IMG/VR virus record: IMGVR_UViG_3300045988_143931
Span: 64,001-128,000 of that record
Reading direction: 5' to 3' (one strand)
From: a virus
DNA length: 64,000 nt
The notes under the pieces are model-generated. The model saw only the letters and a program-made list of their open reading frames with translations, was not told where the DNA came from and ran no database searches. A program made the translations under genes and the position numbers. Shown here piece by piece: positions 27,069-36,108 of this stretch (positions are counted from its first letter, which is position 1; every line of letters begins with the position of its first letter).

Positions 27069-27347
27069 ATGATACAAGATGATATATCAAAATATCTTAA
27101 ACAAAAAGAAAGCAATATTTCAAAGAGCAATCGCAAATCAAAGCACAAACATCAATATAAAGAATGTTTAATTCAATTTCCGATTGCATTTACAGGGAAA
27201 ACATTCATAAACACAAAGTTATATGGATATTGTTCCATCTGTGGAAAAATAGGTTCAGTTAAGAATGGAAAATTTAAAACTGAATTAGAGCAATTAGAAA
27301 AATCAAGACAAGGTAACAATAGTTTTCTTATTGCTATATCAGGTTAA
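27069..27347 (+). CDS. hypothetical basic protein
   Basis: Track ORF; AAAGGAG RBS; CSICG motif. Confidence 0.6.
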   Translation: MIQDDISKYLKQKESNISKSNRKSKHKHQYKECLIQFPIAFTGKTFINTKLYGYCSICGKIGSVKNGKFKTELEQLEKSRQGNNSFLIAISG

Positions 27348-27456
27348 AAAATATATGAAAGATATCATAATAAGTTACCTATATTTTTTATTGAAGATTC
27401 ATTTGCTGATTATGTTGTTTTAGAAAAAGAGAATAATTCAAAAGGAGAATGATATT

Positions 27457-27663
27457 ATGAAAAAATCAATTTTATTTAAAAGAACAAGAAAATCCGTTGC
27501 CAAGAAACTATCTAATCATATTTATATAGATATTATTAATAGCCATGATACAAAATTAATAATAGATAACTTTACATTATTAGAACTTATTTATATTGAA
27601 AGAGCATTAAAGAAATTGGATTCTATGTCAGAAGAAGAAATTCAAGAATTAAATATAGAATAA
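27457..27663 (+). CDS. hypothetical protein
   Basis: Track ORF; AAAGGAG RBS. Confidence 0.6.
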   Translation: MKKSILFKRTRKSVAKKLSNHIYIDIINSHDTKLIIDNFTLLELIYIERALKKLDSMSEEEIQELNIE

Positions 27664-27672
27664 TTTCACATA

Positions 27673-27916
27673 GGTACATCTCATATGTACCCAAATGAAA
27701 ACGTTAATCAAAAACACCATGTACCTAAACCAATCAATAACAATCAAACAAAAAATTATAGAGCTTGTATGAAGCGTAAGCGAAATACAAGCGTAATATT
27801 CTTCTCTTGATAATATGAGTCTATATAGATATTGACCTACACAAATCCACACCTGACATGTACCCAAATGAAGAAATTTTTTACTTTTGGGTACGTCATA
27901 CATGTACCCAAATGAA
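27673..27916 (+). repeat. operator/centromere-like repeats (15-mer ATGTACCCAAATGAA x3 plus palindromes)
   Basis: Exact copies at 27685-27699, 27858-27872 and 27902-27916. Near-copy at 27719-27730. Palindromes GGTACAT/ATGTACC (27673-27691) and TTTGGGTAC/GTACCCAAA (27886-27913). A TTGACA lies at 27920-27925. Confidence 0.7.
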
Positions 27917-28051
27917 TTTTTGACAATTTCATAAATGTAAAAATTCACGACTTTTAGAAGTCAAGATGGAGAATATACTATTGTACCACTTACAATACTC
28001 TCATCTCACAAATTGTAACTGTAAATTATATTTTAGAAGAAAGGAAAGAAA

Positions 28052-29026
28052 ATGGAACAAAAAGAATTAAAAATCGATCCTGAATTAAGGGATTTATTAC
28101 CACCACTTACTGATGATGAGTACAAACAGCTCGAAAAAAATATTGTAGAAAATGGATTTGATAAAAATTTTCCTATTATGGAATGGCATGGATTCATTGT
28201 GGATGGACACAATCGCTATTCTATCTGTAAAAAACACAATATTGAGTACGTTGTTGGTACTCTTGGGTATGAGACGAAGGATGAAGTTATGGAATGGATG
28301 TTGGATATCCAACTTGGCAGACGCAACTTATCTCCTATTCAAAGAATTGCTGTGGCTGAAAAGTATCGACCTATTTATGAAAAGCAAGCAAAAGAAAGAC
28401 AGGCTACTTCAACTGGTGGAGCTAATCCACAGCTTACACCAAATCTGGTGGAAGCTGACAAAACTAATAATCGTTCAGAAAATGAAACCAATTCAAAGTT
28501 GGCTAAAATTGCAAATGTTGGAAAAGAAACTTATAGACAAGCAAAACGTGTTCTTGATTCAAATAATGAAGAACTTAAGAATCGTGTTTTATCAGGTAAA
28601 ACTTCTATTAGTGCTGGCTATAAAGAATTACAGAATGAGAAGAAAAAAGAACAAATATCTGATAATAAAGATAGAGAATATAATACTGAACCACCAACCA
28701 CACCCTCTCCTACTATTCAACCTTCTCAATCGTCTCAAAAAAATCAAGTTAGTGAAGAGGTAAGGCAAATATGCGAAGACCTTAAAACTGAAAAGTCAAA
28801 AGAATATCTTGATTCTATTTGGAATTACAAGATTGACATAATTGAATGTATGAATACTGGATTTGAAAGATTTTATGATGGATTTGTTAGTATTCTTAAT
28901 GATATGGAAAATCGTGTAACTAAATCAGAATTAGATGAATGCATTACCAATGCGGAGAATAATATAGCAAAACTATTAACCGCTATTGAATTAGCAAAAA
29001 AAATAACATTAAAAACGGAGGATTAG
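28052..29026 (+). CDS. ParB-like N-terminal domain protein
   Basis: LLPPLTDDEYKQLEKNIVENGF...IVDGHNRYSICKK is typical of the ParB/Srx nuclease-like domain. The C-terminal half has a low-complexity linker. Confidence 0.75.
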   Translation: MEQKELKIDPELRDLLPPLTDDEYKQLEKNIVENGFDKNFPIMEWHGFIVDGHNRYSICKKHNIEYVVGTLGYETKDEVMEWMLDIQLGRRNLSPIQRIAVAEKYRPIYEKQAKERQATSTGGANPQLTPNLVEADKTNNRSENETNSKLAKIANVGKETYRQAKRVLDSNNEELKNRVLSGKTSISAGYKELQNEKKKEQISDNKDREYNTEPPTTPSPTIQPSQSSQKNQVSEEVRQICEDLKTEKSKEYLDSIWNYKIDIIECMNTGFERFYDGFVSILNDMENRVTKSELDECITNAENNIAKLLTAIELAKKITLKTED

Positions 29027-29029
29027 ATA

Positions 29030-29875
29030 ATGAAATTAAAAGACTTAGTAAAAGGAACAAAAGTAACAGATAATAAGATTGCACATAAGGAAGTACCAAT
29101 TGATAAATTGGATGCAATGCTTAACTATCAGAGAGATATTGATATGAAACGTGTAGAAAAACTTAGTAGTGATGAATATTTTGATGAAAACGAAGTAGAT
29201 GAAGTAAAAGTTAGCGTTAGAGAAGATGGTTCTATGAAAGTATGTGATGGTCAGCATACTATTGCAATTTTAAAGATGAGAGGATGGACGACTGTACCGT
29301 GTGAACTTCGTTATGGTTTAACTATTGAGGAAGAGAATGATTGGTTTACCATAACTAATACAAAAGAAAAGCCACAGAATAGAAAACGCACACTTACATC
29401 TCAGATTAATGGTACATATGAAAAAAATAAGATTGAACAGGATTTTAATAATTGCATAAAAGCACTTGGCTTTAAGTTAGATATTTTTGGAGAAGAACCA
29501 GGAAATGATTATAAAATTAAGTGTCCTGCAAAACTATTAGATATGTATAAGGAATATTCGTCAAGAAATGACGTAGATGGCTTTATTGAATGTATGGATT
29601 TAGTCAAGGGCTGTTGGAATGGAAATTCAAAATCATTGCAGTGGAATTATATTAGGGGAATGTTTGACTTTTATGAAACATATAAAGGTATTTTTGACAA
29701 TAAGAGACTTATTACTTCTGTCGGGAAAAAATCCCCATCTATCATTAAAGAAATTGCAGATAATGATAAATATACAAAGAAACCATCTTTAAAATATGCA
29801 AAGATTTATGTAAATGAATACAATTCTGGTTTAAATAAGAACAAAAGATTAAAAATGTCCTTATTAGAAGATTAA
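29030..29875 (+). CDS. DGQHR-type ParB-fold (DndB-like) protein
   Basis: LNYQRDIDMKRVEKL...KVCDGQHTIAILK matches the QR...DGQHR signature with R replaced by T. Confidence 0.65.
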   Translation: MKLKDLVKGTKVTDNKIAHKEVPIDKLDAMLNYQRDIDMKRVEKLSSDEYFDENEVDEVKVSVREDGSMKVCDGQHTIAILKMRGWTTVPCELRYGLTIEEENDWFTITNTKEKPQNRKRTLTSQINGTYEKNKIEQDFNNCIKALGFKLDIFGEEPGNDYKIKCPAKLLDMYKEYSSRNDVDGFIECMDLVKGCWNGNSKSLQWNYIRGMFDFYETYKGIFDNKRLITSVGKKSPSIIKEIADNDKYTKKPSLKYAKIYVNEYNSGLNKNKRLKMSLLED

Positions 29876-29894
29876 CATAGTGAGGTGATACGTC

Positions 29895-30680
29895 TTGCCA
29901 AACTATGTAAAAATTCCACGAGAAATCATCTATGATAAAGATCTCTCATCTAAGCGTGTAATAATCTTCTCATATCTTTGCACAAGACGTTCACTTGATG
30001 ACACGGTGGCATTTTCTACAACAGAACTTTGTCACTGGTCTAAACTGAAACCTAATTACAGAGATGGGAAAATAAATCAAAAATATTATGAAGTTCTATT
30101 ACTTCTCTCTCATTATGGATATTTTGAATCATGTCCTGATTTTGAGAAGTGTCTAAAAGAAAACACCAATTCGGTGAAATATCAGCAAGTACAACTAAAT
30201 ATTGAAAAATTCGATGTGCCTGATAATTTTGGAATCATTTATTTTGATGAATTGGATAAAATATTGAATTTTAAGGAAGAGTTAAAAGGTAAAAATATAG
30301 ACCTTGCGAGAATGTCATCTGCTTATATCTTACTCTTACTTTCCTATATTCGTGTCAATTTGAATCGTATAGAAGATAAACCCCTCTGTTGCTATCGGTA
30401 TTTCAAAACGATTTCAGAAGATATTGGACTTTCTGAGAGATATATAGGACGCATAGTTGATATTTTGGAAGAATTAAAAATTATAAAATGTCAACCTATG
30501 AAGAGAGAAAAATATATTAAAGATGGGAAAGAAAAATATTTAACTACTCCAAAGGTATTTGTTGATTATAGACATTTTATAAATGATGAGCATGGTCAAA
30601 GAATTGATAATAAATATGATCCATGTGAGGAAATCAAAAAACAAATAGAGATTTTGGAGAACAATAAGTTAAGAACATAA
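29895..30680 (+). CDS. hypothetical protein, possibly a winged-helix replication/organiser factor
   Basis: TTG start after GAGGTGA. N-terminus IPREIIYDKDLSSKRVIIFSYLCTRR resembles initiator N-domains. The functional call rests on position and is weak. Confidence 0.35.
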   Translation: MPNYVKIPREIIYDKDLSSKRVIIFSYLCTRRSLDDTVAFSTTELCHWSKLKPNYRDGKINQKYYEVLLLLSHYGYFESCPDFEKCLKENTNSVKYQQVQLNIEKFDVPDNFGIIYFDELDKILNFKEELKGKNIDLARMSSAYILLLLSYIRVNLNRIEDKPLCCYRYFKTISEDIGLSERYIGRIVDILEELKIIKCQPMKREKYIKDGKEKYLTTPKVFVDYRHFINDEHGQRIDNKYDPCEEIKKQIEILENNKLRT

Positions 30681-30712
30681 AGAGATACTGCCACTTACGA
30701 CAATATCTCTTT
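30679..30712. terminator. hairpin, possible bidirectional terminator
   Basis: AAAGAGATA / TATCTCTTT stem with a 16-nt loop; short flanking A/T runs. Confidence 0.4.
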
Positions 30713-30846
30713 ACCATAAATTTGCGCAATGAGTGTTACACTAAACACTCTAATTTGCAGTGAGGCTTCTAATTCACTGGTGAATTATTGTTAAAAAAGT
30801 TACTATAAGAAATGAATACAATAGTAATTCACGTACCTACTATATC

Positions 30847-31008
30847 CTATTTCTTATATGATATGCCATTTTTCGTGATGGCGACACGTTCTTTTCCTGA
30901 AGTTACAAGTAGCTTCAATTCTTTATACCGTGTAAAACACTTAACACAATATTTAACAAGATTCAAAACTGCGATTATAACAGCTGGTGTAAGAATAATG
31001 ATTAGCAA
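30847..31008 (-). CDS. small membrane peptide (53 aa), antisense to the plus-strand module
   Basis: AAGGAGG (31019-31025) lies 10 nt before the TTG at 31008. Product MLIIILTPAVIIAVLNLVKYCVKCFTRYKELKLLVTSGKERVAITKNGISYKK has a hydrophobic N-terminus and a basic tail. TAG at 30847-30849. Confidence 0.4.
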   Translation of the reverse strand: MLIIILTPAVIIAVLNLVKYCVKCFTRYKELKLLVTSGKERVAITKNGISYKK

Positions 31009-31323
31009 TATCTACAATCCTCCTTTCATAATAAGACACTATTAAAATAGGAAAGATTATAGATTTCACTATTTTTAATGTGCATAATCACACCTCCGTA
31101 CCTGATATAAGAATCAGTCGTGACTTTAGTTAATGAGTTACAAGTGTATATACACATCTTAATGATTATACCATATCAGTGAATTAGAACAAACCCTCAT
31201 ATTTTAATTTTTTAATAAAACCCTTTTGCAATAAGGGAATATATAAAAGTAACACATAAACCGTATCACACTATATATAAAGGAGCGATGATATGAACTA
31301 TTTAACAAGGAGAACAAATATTT

Positions 31324-31575
31324 ATGACAAAGGAAACAGAAAATCATGTAGCAAGAAGAACAATGGAACTTAAGAGAAAGAATAAGCTTGTATGCTATCC
31401 CAAGCTAGTCGAATCAGATTTCGGTGGCTGTGGAGTTAATATTGCCAGTCGTATAGCGGCAGATTTTAAGTTTGATGAAACCAAAAAGAGAGAATGTACA
31501 ACTAGAGATTATAACAAAAAGCTTAAGGCTTGTGAAGAAAGACAAAATTTAAAGGAGGAAGCGGTACATGCTTAG
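31324..31575 (+). CDS. hypothetical protein
   Basis: Track ORF; the RBS spacing is long. Confidence 0.5.
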   Translation: MTKETENHVARRTMELKRKNKLVCYPKLVESDFGGCGVNIASRIAADFKFDETKKRECTTRDYNKKLKACEERQNLKEEAVHA

Positions 31576-31906
31576 ATACGAAATTATTGCTAATGTTGGT
31601 ATTAGCGTAGACTTACATAATAATTACACAGTGGTTACCTTGGCAAAATGGAATAAAGAGAAAGAATCTTATTTAGCTACTTTCTACATTAAACAGACAG
31701 ATATTGACCATTTAGATCTTATGGATGACCAGATTGAAATAGAGTTTTCTTCTGAGATAAAAACAATCAAGAATGATTTAGTGAAATATATTGAAATGCT
31801 TATAGAAAGAGGAATTATTCAGAGATATATGGACAGATACAAATATGAACTTGATTGTATTGATAGAGGAACTGCTATGTTTGAGTTAGAGAGAAATGTT
31901 AAGTAA
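31568..31906 (+). CDS. hypothetical protein
   Basis: Track ORF; AAAGGAGG RBS. Confidence 0.6.
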   Translation: MLRYEIIANVGISVDLHNNYTVVTLAKWNKEKESYLATFYIKQTDIDHLDLMDDQIEIEFSSEIKTIKNDLVKYIEMLIERGIIQRYMDRYKYELDCIDRGTAMFELERNVK

Positions 31907-32312
31907 ATCAGATTATAGATATTTTAAAAAAGCTAAAATGGCTGCTACCATCTCGGATTATAAAAAAACACATATAGGGTGCATAGCCGTTTACCAAGGA
32001 AATGTAATAGGAATTGGTTGTAATACAATTAAAACGCATCCTATTCAAAAATATTATAACAGATATAGAAATTCATGGAATAAGAATGGTATTAAACCGA
32101 CTTTACATGCTGAAATCAATTGTCTTAATTCTATCCGTCATCTGGATATAAATTTCCAAAAAGTAAAATTATATATTTTTAGAACGAGATTAGACAGAGA
32201 ATTTGGTATGTGTCGTCCATGTCCAAGTTGTATGGCAGCGATTAAAGATTTAGGGATAAAACATATTTACTATACAAGCAACGATGGATATTCCTATGAA
32301 TGTATAAATTAA
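31896..32312 (+). CDS. dCMP/cytidine deaminase family protein
   Basis: HAEINCL and PCPSCMAAI are the zinc-binding H-A-E ... PCxxC motifs. Confidence 0.85.
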   Translation: MLSKSDYRYFKKAKMAATISDYKKTHIGCIAVYQGNVIGIGCNTIKTHPIQKYYNRYRNSWNKNGIKPTLHAEINCLNSIRHLDINFQKVKLYIFRTRLDREFGMCRPCPSCMAAIKDLGIKHIYYTSNDGYSYECIN

Positions 32313-32329
32313 AAAGAGAGGTTATATGT

Positions 32330-32569
32330 ATGTGCAACATTTGTGGCAATAATCCTTGTCTTATAAGATGTCCAAACTTTCATCAGAAATATAATTACTT
32401 ATGTTGCTATTGTGGTGGGGGTATTTTAAGTGGACAAGATTATCTGAGAAATTCAGAAGGACAATATATACATAGAGACTGTATTCCATGTACTGATTAT
32501 CTTATAGATTGGTTGGGATATCGTGTCGAAACAATGGACGAGGAGGATTATAAAGATGAGAATTATTGA
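32330..32569 (+). CDS. Cys-rich hypothetical protein
   Basis: Track ORF trimmed to MCNICGNNPC (GAGAGG RBS); multiple CxxC pairs. Confidence 0.55.
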   Translation: MCNICGNNPCLIRCPNFHQKYNYLCCYCGGGILSGQDYLRNSEGQYIHRDCIPCTDYLIDWLGYRVETMDEEDYKDENY

Positions 32570-32831
32570 TAGACTGAAAATATTTTTTGATATTGATTAC
32601 AGTTCAAATAAGGAATATTGGATTCCAATTAATGAGATTAAAATTAGAGAAGAATTTCTTGCTACTCCACCCAATTACAGAAAATTCAGGAAGAAAGAAA
32701 ATACATTCATCAAGTATGGTGAACTGGGGAAGATTATAATTGACAGAAATTATGAATTGATAGACGGATATTGTTCGTATCTTATTTGCAAGAAATATGA
32801 CATAGGTAAAGCTCCTGTGTGGTTTGAATAA
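32556..32831 (+). CDS. hypothetical protein (possibly a small ParB-like fold)
   Basis: Trimmed to MRIIDRLK (GAGGAGG RBS). ELIDGYCSYLICKKYDIGKAPV is weakly ParB-like. Confidence 0.5.
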   Translation: MRIIDRLKIFFDIDYSSNKEYWIPINEIKIREEFLATPPNYRKFRKKENTFIKYGELGKIIIDRNYELIDGYCSYLICKKYDIGKAPVWFE

Positions 32832-32881
32832 TTGTAAATAGAAATTTCATTTAGAGAATATATAAGTGGAGGTAAATTTAT

Positions 32882-33097
32882 ATGAATAATAATTTTGACA
32901 ATGTTGAAGAAATGAAAGAATTGATTATAGATGAACTTTCGGAATGTGAATTTGACAGCAATTTCAGATGTGAAGAATGTTCTGAATTGGAGCAATGTTA
33001 TTGCAAAGCATCTATAAAATCATCTCATGAATTCGCAGAGAGCTTAGATTATGGTGGATATGATTCTGAAGATGAATTTTGGGAGAATTTAGATTAA
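32882..33097 (+). CDS. hypothetical acidic protein
   Basis: Track ORF; GTGGAGG RBS. Confidence 0.6.
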   Translation: MNNNFDNVEEMKELIIDELSECEFDSNFRCEECSELEQCYCKASIKSSHEFAESLDYGGYDSEDEFWENLD

Positions 33098-33114
33098 ATA
33101 TGGAGGTATAACTA

Positions 33115-35982
33115 TTGGATAATACAGGAATTTACATACCATCTATTGATGCAAAGGATATTTATTTATCAGCACATTACATTGAGGAAAATCCAGAAGG
33201 ATATAATTTAAAACTCAAAGATGGACAGTATAATTTACGAAAATTTATTAATACACTTGATTACAGTTTGGATCTTATAGAATTAAAAGATATTTATTAT
33301 AGGAAATTTAGAAAACATGATTTTTCATTTAGAATTAAAAAGCACGATTATTCTGTGAATGTAATTAATCTCACATTTAAGTATTCCGTTAAAGAATGGA
33401 ATCAGATGAACAAAAACACTTTTGTAAGACTTGGATATGATTACAGAGAACTTACATTTGAAGATGGAATTGCTAAAAATAGCGAAGGTGAAATTGTTGG
33501 GATTAAGACGAATGAAAAAATTGAAGATCCGATTGATATACCAAAACCATTTGTTAAAAAGCAGGTAAACATCTACGACAAAAAAGATAAATCTATTGTC
33601 AAAGAGATTCAAACTCAGTATCACAAAAAGGGTGAACCAAAGACTATAAAGACAAATGCAGAACTTAGAACTGAGTTGTATAAAGATGGATTTATATGTA
33701 ATGGTATTAAATATTGTCGTATGAAACGTTCTACTGGTTCAGCAAGAGTTGGTAAATGTCTCTTTATCAGAGAAGATTTATATGAATCAATTTTAAAGTT
33801 CAGTTCAGGTAGTCTTAAATACAATCAAGGCGATCCAATTGACTTAGCTGCATATGAGGGATATATTGCTCTTCCATCTAGTAGTATTATTGATACAATT
33901 TCAATTAAACCAGAAAATATTCTTTTAATTGATGACTATGATAGCATATTTAATGAGGATGTAATCGAGACTCACGATGAAGATGGATGGCTTAAAACCA
34001 CTGAAAAGAATTGTAAAATCACAAATACAATTTGGGATGGTCAGTCTCTTATGGATATATCATTATTTGGTGATTATTCAGAATATGGTATGCTTCTGCT
34101 TAGAAATCTAATGTTCAAGTCTTGTTGTTTTAACTGCAATATCCAACAATGGTTCAAAGATAATAATATAACAGATGTATCTCAGCTCAATGGTAAAACA
34201 AGAGCTACACGCATTGAAGATGTAAAGCTAATTACCACACCTAACAGTATTAAATATTTGAAATTTAGTACATGGGACGAATGGCTTGACCACTTATATT
34301 CTGATTTTGGTGTTGTAAAGCATGATAAGAAAACTCACTTCTTTGGTGGTCGTTTGGTACAGACTCATTATCAATTACTCAATACTCTTCAGATGTCAAA
34401 AGATGAAGTAAGGGAATTTTTGCAGGAATCACTCGACTTTGCACAAATGCTTAGAGATAGACCAGAAGTTGTGCGCTATTACATTAAATATCCTGATATT
34501 GATGAAATGTCACCTATGGATAAACCTATGAGTAGTAAGAATGATGTAGTTTATAACTTAATGTGTGTGAATGATAATTTTACAAAAACAAAATACTATC
34601 AAGAATTTCTTATTGACTTACTTCGTTCATATTACAAAAATCTCAAAAATGGACATATTTATGTAAATGGTAATTACTCTACTCTTCTTGGCAATCCAAT
34701 AGAAATGCTACAACAATCAATCGGTAAGTTTGAAGGAAAAAGTCAAATTGGAATTGGCAACATACATAGTACACGTTTTGAATATAACAAAACTCTTCTT
34801 GCTAGTCGTTCACCTCATGTTACAATTGGAAACATTTGGCTTCCATATAATACGGAGAATAAATTGATAGATTGTTATCTTAATCTTACAAATGAGATTG
34901 TGTGTATTAATTCTATTGGAGAAAATGTATTGCAGAGACTATCGGGTGCTGATTTTGATAGTGATACAGTAATGTTAACAGATAATGAAAAACTCATTCG
35001 TGCAGCTAAAAGAAATTATCATATATTCAAAACACCAACATCGTTTGTTAGTTCAACAAAAGTTAAAAGATATTATACACCTGAACAACAGGCAGATCTT
35101 GATATTAAAACATCTGTAAATAAAATCGGTGAAATTGTTAATCTATCACAAGAATTAAATTCTTTACTTTGGGATAAGATGTATCATGGTGCTACTTATG
35201 ATGATATTAAGGAATTGTATTATGATATATGTCAGTTAGATGTTATGTCTGGAATTGAAATTGATAAAGCAAAGAAAGAATTTATTATCAACAATGGTAA
35301 GGAGTTAGACAAGTTACGTGAAAAGTATGATGAGTTTGTGCGTGAATATGAAGAAAATGAAGAAGGCGAATTAGTAAGAGGCAAAAAGCGTATGCCACAC
35401 TTCTTCTCTCATATCTCTAAACAAAAAGGATATTACAATCCCGACAAGAAACATTATTGTAAATGTCACACTTCGATGGATTATTTGCAGACTATTATTA
35501 ATGGATTTAAAATTAAGAATCCTTATAAAAAGGATTGGCTTCCATTTGTATCTATATTAGATAACTCTTTATTTAGGACATCTAGTATAAATCAAAAACA
35601 GATAAATCGAATTTATAGTATTTTAAAGAAATACATAAATGAAAGGAAGAATATATTCGCCATTGATTCCGACTCAAAAGAAGAACGAAATGATAAAGCA
35701 AATAAGCTTAAAGTTGATTTAATTGCAGATATTGAATCAGAAACAATTGGTTTTTCAACATTATATCGTTTACTTTCTTCTCTTGAGGATAAAGAAAATT
35801 CTCAAATCAAAAATCTTTTATTAGAAGTTTTGTATCTTTGTGGTAATGATAGCTTTAATAAAGCTATTATCCAATCTAAAAATGAAATTCTCCAATTAGA
35901 AGGTAATGGATCTGATATTAAATTATTTAATATTGGGTTTAAAATTACAAAAAAACAAGTAAATTCGGAAATTGACAGCTAA
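33115..35982 (+). CDS. YonO-like / RdRP-like single-subunit two-barrel RNA polymerase
   Basis: TTG start after TGGAGGT. LLASRSPHVTIGNIW...IVCINSIGENVLQRLSGADFDSDTVMLTD (DFDSD at nt 34951-34965) matches the R.P....gdi...(~35 aa)...sGgDxDGD catalytic barrel of QDE-1-type RdRPs and YonO. Confidence 0.6.
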   Translation: MDNTGIYIPSIDAKDIYLSAHYIEENPEGYNLKLKDGQYNLRKFINTLDYSLDLIELKDIYYRKFRKHDFSFRIKKHDYSVNVINLTFKYSVKEWNQMNKNTFVRLGYDYRELTFEDGIAKNSEGEIVGIKTNEKIEDPIDIPKPFVKKQVNIYDKKDKSIVKEIQTQYHKKGEPKTIKTNAELRTELYKDGFICNGIKYCRMKRSTGSARVGKCLFIREDLYESILKFSSGSLKYNQGDPIDLAAYEGYIALPSSSIIDTISIKPENILLIDDYDSIFNEDVIETHDEDGWLKTTEKNCKITNTIWDGQSLMDISLFGDYSEYGMLLLRNLMFKSCCFNCNIQQWFKDNNITDVSQLNGKTRATRIEDVKLITTPNSIKYLKFSTWDEWLDHLYSDFGVVKHDKKTHFFGGRLVQTHYQLLNTLQMSKDEVREFLQESLDFAQMLRDRPEVVRYYIKYPDIDEMSPMDKPMSSKNDVVYNLMCVNDNFTKTKYYQEFLIDLLRSYYKNLKNGHIYVNGNYSTLLGNPIEMLQQSIGKFEGKSQIGIGNIHSTRFEYNKTLLASRSPHVTIGNIWLPYNTENKLIDCYLNLTNEIVCINSIGENVLQRLSGADFDSDTVMLTDNEKLIRAAKRNYHIFKTPTSFVSSTKVKRYYTPEQQADLDIKTSVNKIGEIVNLSQELNSLLWDKMYHGATYDDIKELYYDICQLDVMSGIEIDKAKKEFIINNGKELDKLREKYDEFVREYEENEEGELVRGKKRMPHFFSHISKQKGYYNPDKKHYCKCHTSMDYLQTIINGFKIKNPYKKDWLPFVSILDNSLFRTSSINQKQINRIYSILKKYINERKNIFAIDSDSKEERNDKANKLKVDLIADIESETIGFSTLYRLLSSLEDKENSQIKNLLLEVLYLCGNDSFNKAIIQSKNEILQLEGNGSDIKLFNIGFKITKKQVNSEIDS

Positions 35983-36108
35983 TTACAGTTCTCATATGAG
36001 AGCGAAATTAAAGTTACATAGGAGAGGGTAGTTTTCTACTTATTACTTTTATGATTACTGCCCTACTCTATTGTAAAATTCTATAAATGCGATTATAGCA
36101 AAGGAGGA

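Noticed and set aside
27685-27916. Possibility that the 15-mer repeats form a CRISPR-like array.
   Set aside because: The repeat is only 15 nt, there are three copies with very unequal spacing (about 158 and 29 nt), some are in inverted orientation, and there are no cas genes. The pattern fits operator or centromere sites instead.
28152-28763. 203-aa plus-strand ORF in a second frame of the ParB-like gene.
   Set aside because: It is fully nested in a gene with a clear ParB motif. Its sequence is Leu/Lys-rich low complexity with no RBS.
30812-31045. 77-aa plus-strand ORF in the 30.7-31.3 kb gap.
   Set aside because: It has no RBS and an odd composition. The opposite strand has a shorter ORF with a perfect SD, which I consider more likely, although it is still unproven.
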